NCBI GenBank assembly: GCA_951406725.2
Contig: OX597841.1
Coordinates: forward strand, 20,336,001 to 20,400,000
Direction: 5' to 3'
Length of the DNA: 64,000 nucleotides
Source of the DNA: Octopus vulgaris
Taxonomy: Eukaryota
Shown here: positions 28,722 to 42,404 of the stretch, piece after piece
Layout of the letters: every line of letters starts with the position of its first letter
Numbering within the stretch: position 1 is the first letter of the stretch
Notes under the pieces: model-generated
Databases searched by the model: none
The model's input: the letters and a program-made list of their open reading frames with translations, nothing else
Told to the model about the DNA's origin: nothing
Translations under genes and position numbers: made by a program

Positions 28722-29514
28722 GGGCTTCTTTCATTTTCTGTCAACCAAATCCACTGACAAGGTTTTGGTCAGCCCAAGGCCATATTAGAAGACACTAGCT
28801 CCAAAGTGTCATACAGTGGGACTGAACCTGGAATCCTTGTGGTTGAGAAGCAAACTTCTTACCATACAGCCATGTCTGCACCATTGTTAATTAATAAATA
28901 GTCCAAGTCTTGTTGTTGTTATTTTCCTCCTGCCTTTTTTATCCTTCAGCATTCAGATTATTCTTACTGCAAGAAATTATCTTCATGACAAAACACAGTG
29001 AATGACTTTCTTATGGGTTCAAATATGCCCCAAGCTTTTTTCGAACTGACAATAACCTTGTATTTGTACATATCACTGCTTAGCACTGCCAGCCCGTAAT
29101 TTATCTATGGTGAGGCACTGATTAGGAATATCAGAAGACAATCTCTCTTATCAGCTCGCAGTGCACCCTGTCTAGTTTCTGTGACTGAAGAGCAGATAAC
29201 CACTCCAAAATGCTTGCATCTCACAGGGATGATTTCAGGTGTCTTTACTCTGTTTGGGATGACCTGCTGACTGTCATCACCACCAGTCACTGTATGATGC
29301 TTGACACTTAACTTAATCCAACAATTCATCCTATCTTCAAGATTTTGGCAATGTAACTGTTTGAGAGGCTGGGTCTGGTTAGTTTGAACCAAAACAATGT
29401 GATTTAAATGCGAATGGATAGTCTGTTTTTTAAAGTTTTTTGCTGTCTGTCTGTCTGTCTAACTTCTCTTTTGATGACTGTTTTATTTATTTATATATTT
29501 TATTTATTTTGCAG

Positions 29515-29556
29515 GTGCTTGGAAAGATCCCCGGAGCACAACCGGCCACTGCCTGA
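29515..29556 (+). CDS. FLOT2: Flotillin-2 terminal coding exon
   Basis: tttattttgcag|GTG CTT GGA AAG ATC CCC GGA...GCC TGA = VLGKIPGAQPATA*. Phase 0; resembles the invertebrate Flo2 ending VLxKIPGA. Confidence 0.9.
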   Translation: MLGKIPGAQPATA

Positions 29557-29879
29557 AAAACTGACAATATTTTTGCAAGCATGCAACTGTAGTATCAACC
29601 ACAGTCTTATAAAATCCTGTGGCTTTGTGTGGGTGGGAGGGCTGGGTTGGTTTGTTTGGTGGCTAGTAGATTAGGAGGGGGGGTGCAATGATTGTAGCAT
29701 AACAGAGTGCATGTGAGTGAGAGGTCAGCTGTGAGGATGGTGGGGAAAGAGTGTCTGTGCTGTGCTTTTGTGTCAAGTGTAGATGAGCTGGACATACCTT
29801 TGCTACTCTCTCTCTCTTTCTTTCTCTCTCTTCCCACTTCATCCCACTGAGCTTGGGTGTGAGGTGTCAAGAGGCATGA

Positions 29880-29923
<44 letters not shown>

Positions 29924-30392
29924 TATTTTGAGGTACAAGATTGGGGGGGGGGGGGAGTATAGATGGAAGTAAGTAAGAGAACAGTGGTGATGATAGTGAT
30001 GGTGGAAGCGTTGAGGAACAAATTATAAACTGCCATTGTAGTCAGTGGACAGCAGACTTGGTAGACTTGGCAGGACACAGCAAAAACACACCTGAAGAGG
30101 ATAAAAAAAGAGAAAGGAAAACCCTTATGTTATGTTTGTGTTTTTTATGTTTTGGATTATGACCTGTTTGATTGTTCTGAGGTCAGTAAAATAAGTGGCA
30201 ATCTGTGAATCCTTGACAGCGATGCCCCAGCATGGCCACAGTCTTGTAACTGAAACCATGAAAACAGTTGAAGACTGTGTATATATCTGTATATGTATGT
30301 ATGTATATACATACATAGTACACACACACATAAATGCTCACACATGGATGCCCACACACATACATACAATATATATATATATATATATGTAT

Positions 30393-30431
<39 letters not shown>

Positions 30432-30556
30432 CATACATATATATATGTATATACATACATATATATATGTATATACATATATATATGTATATACATACAT
30501 ATATATATGTATATACATACATATATATATATGTATGTATATACATACATATATAT

Positions 30557-30590
<34 letters not shown>

Positions 30591-30641
30591 GTACATACCT
30601 ATATGTATGTAGTACACACACATATAAATGCTCACACACAT

Positions 30642-30681
<40 letters not shown>

Positions 30682-31912
30682 GCCGTAGTAAATTCAAGCC
30701 CTGATTAGGTCAATTAAGATGTGCCTTGTGAGGGGTTCCTTGTGTGCCTAGTTCCCACACACAAGCACACACACACACACACACATAAGCATCTTTTTTT
30801 TTTTTTTTGGTCCAGTGACTGAAACCTATGAAAAAGAATGGAAACAATTTAAGAATAAAGTTGCTCAAGCTGCCACCACCACCACCACCACCACCACTGT
30901 CACCACCACCACCACTGTCACCACCACCGCCGCATCCGCCACATTCTTTTTCTCTCTGTTCTTTGTTTCTTTTTCTCAACAAAACCAAAAATGTTGGGCA
31001 AGGCAAGGACTATTTTTTAGAATTTTTTAACTCTATTTTTTTCTCTCTGTTCAACTAAAATTAATGTAACAGAAGAAAATTATAAAAAAAGCAAATATTC
31101 TTATGTCCACCTCACCTAAATATAATTAATTAATAAATAATAATAATAATATTAATGATAATTAAAAATGATACACCATGCAACAAGAAGAATCCTTTCT
31201 TTATCTGTTCTCAAAAATTTCCATACTAAATTGACTACATTGACTAAATATTCCAGTTGTTATACCTCTCCATACAGTTGCTGTTTTTGTTGTTCTTTGT
31301 TGTTTGTTTGTTGTTTTTAATTCAATAAATTTTTTTAATATTTTTTTTCTTACTAAATGTGTCTGTCTGTTTGTCTCTGATTTCCAGCTTTTCTTTCAAA
31401 ATCTTTCTGTCTATTAGACTCTCTCAGTCAATTTCCCTCTCTCTCTATTTATCTATCTGTCCCTCCCTCACTCACAGTCTATCTGTCTCTATATGTATAT
31501 TTATGCACATGTACACATAAATTCATATACACACATATATTCACACACAATTATATATAATTTACATGACAGGCTTCTTTTCAGTTTCCGTCTACCAAAT
31601 CCACTTGCTTGGCTTTGGTTGGCTTGAGGCTGTAACAAAAGACACTATCCCAAGCTGCCATGTTATGGAACTCTTGTGTGTGTGTGTGTGATGAATGAGG
31701 GAAATATATCTGTATATGTGCAAATAATTACCTATGTATATATAAATATATAGGTAATTATTTGGACTTTCTATTCCCCTCATTTATTTATATATATATA
31801 TATATATAAAATATGTATATTCTTTTGTGTGTGTATATATGCATGTTCAATCTTGTGTGTCTGTCTATATGTATATAATTATATATATATATTCTTATAT
31901 GCATTATGTGTA

Positions 31913-31976
<64 letters not shown>

Positions 31977-32529
31977 GATATGTATATGAAAGTATATGTA
32001 TATATTCCTGCTTGGTGCAAATACCAAGCAGTCGTTGACTGGTCAATCTTTAGTTCACATGTAACCACTCATTCTGTGTGGTTTCTTCCCAGTAATGTCC
32101 TTAAAAATTGGTTATTATTTATTGCAGACGGTCATCTGTGACCTTCACCATCTTTAAGACCCTCATATCCTTTAGAATATTCATGGAACTATAGGTGAAA
32201 AACATATTCCTTGGCTGCATTGCTACCAAATTTTGTGTAGCTATTGCAAGCAGCAATTTCTCTTGCTTTGCGTTACATTTTGACATCGTCCAATTAAATC
32301 AATTTCAATTTGTTTTTAAGTCTTCTTTTTCTTTCTATTCATGTTTAATTTAGAATTATATAAATATAGATAAATAGTGAAAACAAAACCATTCAGATTA
32401 ATTAGTAGAATGATATCATTGCTGCCCAATGGTGTATTCCAAACTATCAGATCTTAACCAATAAGAATTACTATTATTTTTGCACTAATCTTTTTATGCA
32501 TGTATGTGTTTGTATTCCATTGTCTACAT

Positions 32530-32563
<34 letters not shown>

Positions 32564-33084
32564 ATGCTTATGTACACATATACATATCTGTTTTATATAT
32601 ATATGTGTGCGAGTGTGTACACTCTTGCATATGTACACACATATATACATGTCTATGTTATATATATTCATAGATCTGTGCATCTGTATATAAAGGCCTT
32701 ATTCTATATATAATTATTGTATTAATCCATTTGCATTTAACTGAATAAAATGTTACAGTTAGTTAATTCAACTTTTGTCTAAGTTATCCTACAATGAAAA
32801 GTTGTTAAAGCTTGTGTTAAGCCAGGGGGATCATAGATCAAATCTCATCAAGAACTGCATCACTTTTTTTTTTTTTTTTATAAAATGCATTGTTTTCGCA
32901 AATGTGTTCTGGATAATAAATATATATTTATACACAGACACATATATACAATTATATATATATTACGGAGATGTACTTGCATAGCAAGTGACCTGATCTG
33001 AGATTGTATGCTGAAACAAAAGCAATTGCAGCATGGAAGGTGTTTATAAGCCATTTAAAATCACCTTCCATGCTGCACTTGTTT

Positions 33085-33130
<46 letters not shown>

Positions 33131-33189
33131 TTATACACAGACATATATACAATTATATATATATATATATAAAAGCATGCATGCAATTA

Positions 33190-33223
<34 letters not shown>

Positions 33224-34331
33224 AAAGCATGCATGCAATTATATATATATATAAGCATGCATACAATTATATATATATATATATAAGCATGCATACAATT
33301 ATATATATATATATATGTATGTATGAATGTATGTATGTATGTAGAAATATACATATATACTTACACATATATGTAGTTATATGTATACATGCACCTATGT
33401 ACACATTTTCATATACTTGTCCGTTTATCTGGCATGCTGTCTTTTTCTTCTTCAATTAAAGGAAAAAAAACTTTAAAATTATTTACATCTATTTTCGCTT
33501 TCTTAAATAAAGATTAAAAAATACTTTAAAAAAATATCAAAAAAATGTTTCCATGAATACACACACACACATTTGATTATTGCTGGCTGTTAATGAAATG
33601 CCTTGATGTCTGTATATAATCATGCATACATATGCACATAAAAAGGATTGTGTGTGTGTGTATATATATATACACACACACACACATACACACAAAAACC
33701 TACACTCAAGTATATATAAGACAAAATTTGCATTAAATGGGACTTTGTTTTGCTAGGCAGCTTACTTAATCTGCCATCAGGTACAAATTAGTCTCAATTA
33801 GCAGGAGCTTTTTAATTTGATTATATTGTGACTTAAACTTGCTTTAAAACAACAATCATATATATATATCCATATGTGTGTACATTTGTATAAACGTATT
33901 TTTTTCTATGTGTTCATGAACTTATATGTATACATATGTCTGCATATAGGTATATATACGTATGTGTATACATAGGTATACTTATGTATATGAACCTATA
34001 AATTGTTTGTGTGTGTGAGTATGTGTGTAAGAAGTCATGGGCCAATAGGTTTTTGGGATATGACTATGCCATAAAGCTAAATCCTTTATGGACAGGAAAC
34101 TTAAAGAAATCTCATAAACGGGCCTTCCACATTATATATATTTAGCCGAAATGAGAGAGTGACTCAAGGGCTGAGAGTTAACAAACTAGCTTGGTAAATG
34201 CTACAAGTTACTCTGCTTCTGCTAAATATTAACTATATATGTATACTCATATTTTGAGTTCTGTTTTACCTGTTAGCATCACCATACATACATACATACA
34301 TATATATATTTATACACAGACACATATATGC

Positions 34332-34380
<49 letters not shown>

Positions 34381-34507
34381 ATACGTTTATATATTTGTTG
34401 TGCAAGATTTTTTATGTGGAATCATGTGTTGAAACAGATATTGTTGTATTTCGGAATGGTCATTTTGCCAGTTTAGCCAATGTGGCAAAATGACCATTCC
34501 AAAATGC

Positions 34508-34544
<37 letters not shown>

Positions 34545-34936
34545 CACACATGCATACAGATACAAAGAGCAGTTGAAAAATATTTCTTCCATAACTGAAA
34601 ATTTTTTCAGCTGTTTGTAAACTTTATAGACTGTGTTGATGGTTACCCATACACACTCACTCAGGCACACATATTTATACACAAATATACATGTGTGGCA
34701 TGGTCGGATTTCTCTCTGCATGTATTTATCTATGTATACATATATTTTCTCTGTGTGTGTGTATATATATGAACATTTGTGTGTGTGTGCTTATATACGT
34801 AGATATTTAAACAAGCATACACATATATCTGTATGTGTGTGTATATATAATATATATATATTCATATTTTTATTTGAATATTTGTGTATGCCCATTTACA
34901 TTGCTATATATTTAAAAAAAGCATATTTACATATAC

Positions 34937-34974
<38 letters not shown>

Positions 34975-35300
34975 ATGTGTATACATGAACACAAATGAAC
35001 ATGGTATTTTGTATTTAACACCAGCATGTTTCAAAGTAATTTTACCTGTAGTTATAGATATTTGGAAAAAGAAAAAAGAAAGAAAATAAACAACAAGAAT
35101 AATATATATAAAAAAACAAATTTATGCCCTCCTCTTAAAGAATTTCTTTTCAATGTGATGCTTGCTTGTTCATGTGTTTTCCTTCATAATTCCACATGTA
35201 GTGTGTGTGTATGTATGTATGTATATATATATGTATGTATATATATATATATATATATATAAAATCAATGAAAATAAATACTCATTGTTTTAATCTATTG
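29557..35300 (+). other. FLOT2: Putative FLOT2 3' UTR (end uncertain)
   Basis: Follows the stop codon; microsatellite-rich and lacks large TEs. AATAAA at ~30854, 31324, 32744, 33506 and ~35273, the last followed by a (TTG)n GU-rich element. Confidence 0.4.
33160..33310 (+). repeat. Microsatellite-derived minisatellite (TA)n-aagcatgcat[g/a]caat x4
   Basis: Directly visible repeated unit. Confidence 0.8.
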
Positions 35301-35769
35301 TTGTTGTTGTTGTTGTTGTTTAGCAAAGAATCCATTGGTTTTCATTTTGTCAAATACGAGGCCTTTTTATTCTCCTTCTTTTCAATTACTATGCATTATC
35401 ACATAGCTTTGCGATTTTGATGATGTGATTTTTTTTATTTTCGAAATGACATTTTAGGGTTTGTATGAGAGTGTGGGTCTGGTTGGTTTGAACAGATTAT
35501 TTGGGCCAGATCCTGTTAGTTTGACCCTTTAACATTCAAATTCTGTCGAATGTTCTTATTTATTCACATTGTTTTGTCTGATAACTTTGCAATTTTGATG
35601 ATGTGATTACTTAATTTTAGGACATTGTCGGGTATGTGTGTGAGGCTGCATCTGAAGGGTTTCAACATGAAACGCATAGGCCAGATATTGCTAGTTTGAA
35701 TGGTTAATGTCCAAAGTTGCTATTACTGTGTTTTCTAGCATACAATTTGTCGTAGCATGTGTGTAGTAT

Positions 35770-36320
35770 AAACATTCTAACATTACTGTCTTCCAAATCC
35801 TGCAGTATTTCATGTGTTGTTGGTCCTCCAAAGACATCAGGGTGTATATTTTGATCTGGTTTGAAAATTTTGGCATGTATACCAGAAAAGATGATATTCT
35901 ACTTGAGAAACTAATCAAGTAAGACCTACAAAATCGTTATAGGCAAACTACTTACTAGTATAGACTTTCAGACATCATTATCTTTGCAAATCCTGCTATA
36001 TTTCACAGATTTTGCTCCTTCAAAGTTGTCTTGGTGTATAATTTGACTGACCTTATTTATTTTTTTTTCTTTTGGCTGTATATTTTGCTCTGAAAAATCT
36101 GGTATTCTATGCAAAAAGCTAATCAAGAAAGACATAGAAAACAGGTGAAATACCGTACGTTTTTGGCAAACAAGTTGATGTTGTATATAGTCAAAACATT
36201 TAAACATCATCGTTATCTTTCCAAATCCTGTGGCATTTCAAATGGAAGTTTTCGTCCTCCAAACTCGTCCTGGTGTATAAATTGACTGTTTTTTGGCTGT
36301 AAATTTTGGTCTGAAAAATT
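35770..36320 (+). repeat. Degenerate ~200-bp tandem triplication
   Basis: Three units with t.caaatcctg...tttca...tcct.caaa...ggtgtata at ~35790, ~35980 and ~36215. Confidence 0.65.
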
Positions 36321-36499
36321 CAATTTGTCCTCATCACTGTGATGCTGGTTTACTCTTTACTCTTTTACTTGTTTCAGTCATTTGACTGCGGCCATGCTGG
36401 AGCACCGCCTTTAGTCGAGCAAATCGACCCCGGGACTTATTCTTTGTAAGCCCAGTACTTATTCTATCGGTCTCTTTTGCCGAACCGCTAAGTGACGGG

Positions 36500-37511
36500 G
36501 TTTCTGACCAAGTTTTTTTTTTCATGTTGAGGAACAGATAATTGTCAGATGGGGCCAAATCAGTAGAATAGGGAGTGTGATCAACCAGTTGAAATCAAGG
36601 ACTCATGTGCTGGAGCATTGTCTTGATAAAACAAGACCCTTTTGACAGTTTTCCTGAGTGTTTGGTCTTAGTAGCCTTTTATAACTGCCTCAGCAAGTTG
36701 GCATATGCCTCTCCATTGATGGTATGGCCAATAAGTAAAATGCCTTTTGCATCCCAAAAAATTGAGGCCATGCCCTTCTCTGCAGAGGAAATGACCTTGG
36801 CCTTCTTTGGAGCAGGTGAGGAGGGATGTTTCCACTGCATGGATTGCCTTATTTCTGGCTCAAAGTGATGAAGCCAACACTCCCCCTGGATTAGGAAATG
36901 TTCAAGAAAACCAGTTCGATCTGCTTCAAACAATGTTAGATTTTCCTGTGATGGGATCAGCTTGGTGTTCTTTTGATCAGGTGTCAGAAAGTATAGCAGC
37001 CACCGAGCAGAATCCTTTGTCATTCCAAGTTCATTGTGCAGAATATTCTCGACTATTTTACAAGATATGCTAATAGCATTGACTATTTAATTTCTAATCA
37101 ATCACCCATTATCCACCACCATGTGGTGAACACGATCAATATTTCCTGGGTGGTGGCAGTTGCAGGACATCTTTAACTTGGGTCATCTTCAGGACTTACC
37201 CCTTCTAAATTCAGCAGCCAACTTTTGCACTGTTGTTAAAGTTGGAGTGTCATCCCCTATTGTAGCAATCCATGTCAACTCCAGTGTCCTTGGTGTCTTA
37301 ATCCTTTTTCTGCAGGTACTTGATAACACAACGATGCCAAATTTTGTCCATTTTCAAGAGGAGTCACTCCTTGTTACCTTTGATGTCAGTTTACCTGGAA
37401 AGAAACGATGCAGTCATTCATAAGAAGGGTTAAAATGAGTAGATGCAAGATTTCACAGCTCTAGCATCACTCCTTTGTAGTCAGCCTATGAGCTTTTCAG
37501 CCTACCCTTGT
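36500..37511 (-). mobile_element. Decayed mariner (irritans-like), 3'-truncated
   Basis: QSMQWKHPSSPAPKKAK, ASIFWDAKGIL, APSDNYLF; 5' TIR-like ta-caagggtaggctgaaaagctc. Confidence 0.85.
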
Positions 37512-38404
37512 ATGATCAGCAGTTCTATAGATGTTAGTAGTGATTCACCTGAGCACAAGGTGATTCTGAATGCTGGTTATCATCATTTAACATCTATTTT
37601 CCATGCTGGCATGGGTTGGATGGTTTAACTGGAATTGTACCAGACTCCAGTCCAGTTTGGTTTCATTTCTATAGCTGGATGCCCTTTCTAATACCAACTA
37701 CTCCAAGAATATAGTGGGTGCCTTTTGCATGTCACTGGTATGAGTGCCTTTCAGGTGGCACAGGTATGGGTACCTTTGGCATGTCCCTGGCACTGGCCAT
37801 GATTGCGATTTCAGTTGATGTGTCTTCTCAACCACAACAAGTCATGAAAGGTCTGAGTCACTTGTCACCATCTCCATCAGACTCAACATCCGAAGATCAT
37901 GCTTCACCACCTTGTCCCATATCTTCCTGGGTTCACCTCTTCCACAGGTCATCTCCACTGTGAGAGATTGGCACTTCTAAATGCACCTGTCTTTATCCAT
38001 ATGCATCATATGATTAAGCCAGTGCATCATATCCGATGCCTCTTATAGCCCAATTTTTCTCTGAAGCCAATCAAAATAATTCCATCTTCCAATATCTATT
38101 TTGTCCTCACTGATTCAATCCAGGAATGGATTTTGCTAAGAAGGATGTTGATGATTTTGATTTTGTCTGGGATTGGGTGAGTGTGTCTGATGATTGCAAC
38201 ATATTGTTCTTCTATTGTTCTTTTTCTTCAACTCAAATTGTTTGAATGTATCATGGCATATTTTACACCATACAGAGGCAATGACTTTCCCAAGATCTGG
38301 GTTCAGTCCCACTGCGTGGCACCTTGGGCAAGTGTCTTCTACTATAGCCTTGGGCTGACCAAAGCCTTGTCGGTGGATTTGGTAGACAGAAACTGAAAGA
38401 AGCC

Positions 38405-38612
38405 GGCAAGGTGGCAGAAACGTTAGCACACCAGGCAAAATGCTTAGCGGTATTTCATCTGCTGCTACATTCTGAGTTCAAATTCCGTCAAGGTCAACTT
38501 TGCCTTTCATCCTTTCGGGGTCAATAAATTAAGTACCAGTTACACACTGGGATCGATGTAATCAACTTCGTCTGTTTTTGCTTGTCCCCTCTATGTAGGC
38601 AGTAAAGAAATA
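38405..38612 (+). mobile_element. SINE family B inserted into a SINE A with a 17-bp TSD
   Basis: agaaactgaaagaagcc is duplicated at 38388-38404 and 38613-38629. Confidence 0.85.
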
Positions 38613-38636
38613 AGAAACTGAAAGAAGCCTGTTGTA

Positions 38637-41600
38637 AGATATTTGAGGACATAAAAAAACATAATAGCAGATAACTTTATTTATGAGGATAAAAACCACC
38701 TTCAGCTTCAACAACTGCTTCTATATGAGATCTAAATCATCCACATGCTTGAATCTTGGTCATTACTCTGACTATGGCAACTTTCATAGAATCTTTGGTG
38801 TTCATTGACCTCTCAACAACACTCCATGAGTAATAGTCCAATGGATTGAGATCTGGAGAATTAGGAGGCCAAATGTTAGGGGTTATTTGATCATGAAAAT
38901 GTTCATCTATCCATTCCTGTGTTACTAGAGCCATGTGTGATAGAGCAGAGTCTTATTGAAACATATATAGCCTTCCATTGCATACACTGTATCCAGGACC
39001 TCAATGTAGGCAGCGGAGTTAACTCTAAGGCTTTGTGGAAAGAAGTAAGGAGGCATCACATGTCATTCATTGCTGACAACCCCTAAAACCATGACAGTTG
39101 CAGGAAATTTTGTATGCATAACACTTGCACATAACCAACTGTCATTTTTTCCTTTTCCAGCTTAAGAGCCTTTTAGATCTGATGTAGTGATTTTCTATTG
39201 CCTTTTTGGACAAATTGACCTTTCCTTATCATATAAGATGTCTTCATGGACAGCATTTCTGACTGTTCCTTCTGACACAGAGATCTTTTGCAATTGACCT
39301 CATGGACTTTCTGGGATTGTAATCAATGGGTTGTTGAACTTGCTGGATAAATTCAGGTGTTCAGAGTGTTTAGAATGCTTTTTATGCTTTGATTCTGGTG
39401 ATTATATTTCCATCTTCAGCCTTTTAGCTCCTTACAGATTTTGTAGACAAAAGATCTGGCAACTTTTAAAAATTGAGATATTTTTAAATCGCTATGCTCA
39501 GCCTTTATAACCACAATAAGAGCACGCCTCTTCAATTCTTGAGTAAGCTGAGGGTCTGCCATTATTATTTTCTAGAGCAGTGCTTTTCAACCATTTTGCT
39601 GGAGCCGAACCCCAAGGAAACATTCCACTGGCTTGAGGAACCCCTGTGCAATACTGTAAAAAAATTGTCATGCAATTTTATTCTTGCATCTACAGTTATT
39701 ATTAAAACATGTATTAAAAAAACTTTAGTTTGAATAGATTACATTTATTCTCATCAAAAACTCAATGAAATTCTTGAGCCTGGTGTTTCTTGCACAACTC
39801 TTTAAGATTGGGTCCTGTTTTTGATAGACACACACGAAGTTCATCTTCCACAGACAGCAATTGTGCTTGCTTCTTGTGCTTGATGGTTGTCAGGACTGAA
39901 AATCCAAATTCACAGAGGTAGGAGTTGAAAACTGCACAAGAAGTCGCAGCGCTTTCTGGGAAATTGCAGGATATTCCTTTTCAACCAGCAACCAAAATGC
40001 ATTCAGGTGAAGCTCAGAATGCTTCAACTTTAATGTTCTGTCATTTAAAACACTGGCAAGTTCTTCTTCTTCTGTTAAAGTGAGCTGTTCTTCAAATGGC
40101 TCAAATTCCACAAATGGATTTCTAATCCAGTCATACTGGTCAACAGATATCGATGAAAAATATTTGTCAAGATTTGTTAACAAAGTGTGCAAATGGTTCA
40201 AAATCAGTAGCGTAGTTTCTTGACAATTCCTTTTAAAAACACTTGGAAACATTTCCAAATTTCCTGCAGCTTTGCATTTCTTCCATATTGTCAAATTCTT
40301 CTGAAAAGCATTTATTTTGTCAGTAGAAGACAAGAAGTTTTCGTTCCTGCCCTGCATGCCATTGTTCAAGAGGTTTAGCTCATGAAATATATCGGCAAGA
40401 TATGCCAACTTGGAACACCAATGGTCATCACTCAAACATTCTACAAAGTCTTTCAGGTTTTCTTGCAAACAAAAGGTCAATAACTCTTCTCTTAATTCGT
40501 AAAAACGAGACAATACTTTTCCCCTTGACAACAATCGTATTTCTGTGTGCTGGATTAAAGTGGAATGGCCTGCTTCCATACTCACACAAAGTTTCACAAA
40601 CTGTTGACATTTAAGTATCCTCATCTTGATGTAATTAACTATTTTCACTACAATATCCAATGCAGATTTTAGTTCAGGTCCAAGAGTTTTAGCAATGATT
40701 TTGTTTTTGTGCGATTGGGACAAAGCCTTTAAGATATCCTGTCATTGCAGGGGCACCATCTGTACAAATACCAACACAGTTTTTCCAGTTCAATCCACAA
40801 TACTCTAAATATGAATTGAAAACATCAAATACATCTTGTCCTTTTTTTGTTTCTGGCAACTCTTTGCAACACAGGAAGTCTTCTACAATAGCTTCATCAT
40901 TAATAAAACGAACAAATACAAGGAGCTGTGCTTTACCAGTGATGTCTGTACTCTCATCAACATGAAGTGCAAACAACTTATGTTTCAGTATTTTTGACTT
41001 AATATTGCATTAATATGTCTCCTGACATGTCTTGAATGTTGTCAGAAAGTGGAATTTTATTCAGCTCTGATACAGCATCCTCTCCTAACTTTATCCTCAC
41101 CATTTCCTGGCATGCAGGTAAAATTACAGTCTCAGCGATGGTATGAGATTTCATTTTTCTTGCAACTATCTCCGCCACAGCATAACTTGCTTCTTGTCCT
41201 TTGTCACTCAACTTGAACTTTTTGGCAAACATAGAAACTTGCCTTTTATTAAACGCCAATTCTCTTTTAAAATATTGTTCATTTTTGCCTGACAACTCTG
41301 GATGTTTAGTTGTTAAGTGTTGTTTCAGTTTGGATGGTGCCATAGCACTATTAGCCAGCTTCTCTCCAGAAACAGTACACAAAGGTGAAGGGCAGTCTGG
41401 GTTTCCAGTCCAAGTAAATCCCAGAGCTATGTAGTTTTCACAATATTGACAAACTTTTAGTTGCAGGTTAATTCCATCATTTCTTGGTAATTTCGATGAG
41501 GCAGCATCACTGGCAGTGGCTGCAGCTTCAACAGACTGCCTCAGACCCTTCTTCTCTTCATCTGTATCTAACTTAGGTTTTTTCAGAAATCTATCCACAC

Positions 41601-42404
41601 TTGTAAGGCTGTAAGCAGAATTGTATATACATAAAAGCAAACCTAATAGTGGCAGGACAAAATGATCTTTAAAGTGTAGCGAGTTTAATGATGTAAAATT
41701 TAGCTTTTTTTATTAATGTTTTTTTTTAGTAATAGGTATTTCATTATACTTAAACAATATGCATGTAATAATAAAATAGGTTTTTGGATTTGAATTTAAA
41801 ATGTCGTGTATTTGTTCTAATTTAGAAATTTGTAAGGAATTAATATTTATGCATATCTTATTAGTATCAGTTTCCCTATTTCTTATTTTTTCCTACATCT
41901 GTAATTCAACTCTCTTTCGAATTTTTTAATCTTAACATTTGACCAAATATTAATAGACGTCATAGAAAATTTTTTTACAAAAACACCTTTTAAAAAGCTA
42001 AAGATCTTTTAAGAGGCAGATTAACAACAACACCTAAATGGCTTACGCAGTTAAAACGTTTCTTTCAAATATAGTCACTCGTATTTTACAAAAGAGAACT
42101 AAACCATCATCTAAGCTGGCATGCAACTCACAGATGCGCACGTACATGTACACACCAAGGATCAGGGTCATCTACGCTGGCGAGTAACTCATAGTTGTAC
42201 ATGTAGGCCTAACATGTACACACATATCTGCACAGGAGAATTAAAAATTACTGTCGATTTTAGCATTTGTGTAACTTCTTGTAGAACCCCTGGACTGTAC
42301 TGGTGGAACCCTGGTTGAAAACCACTGTTCTAGAGCAAAGATTATACAGAGTTAACAAAGAATGCAGCAATGACCCCAAAAAGGTATGTCCTCAAATACC
42401 CTGT
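38637..42404 (-). mobile_element. maT (DD37D) Tc1/mariner element interrupted by hAT-Charlie
   Basis: TIRs (a)gatatttgaggacat / atgtcctcaaataccctg. Transposase MADPQLTQELKRRALIV...FQ*D-SALSH...WPPNSPDLNPL-D, with exactly 37 residues between the last two Asp. Confidence 0.85.
39578..42327 (-). mobile_element. Full-length hAT-Charlie (ZBED5/Buster-like) DNA transposon, fragmented transposase
   Basis: TIRs cagtgcttttcaacc / ggttgaaaaccactg; 8-bp TSD ttctagag at 39570-39577 and 42328-42335 (NTCTAGAN). Motifs YIALGFT..PSPLC..PSKLKQHL, FALHVDESTD, ICTDGAPAMTG, LSRGKVL, LAYLADIF. Confidence 0.95.

Noticed and set aside
18231-29514. Conserved bilaterian miRNAs in the FLOT2 intron
   Set aside because: Only short seed-like matches (e.g. 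tgaaagaca, aaggcacg) inside SINEs; no full mature sequence or hairpin recognised by eye.
30815-31058. Poly-Pro/Thr/Gly ORFs
   Set aside because: A (CAC)n repeat in the presumed UTR, open in several frames.
25139-35420. Numerous [12 protein letters not shown] ORFs
   Set aside because: Microsatellite translations, with no splice or homology support.
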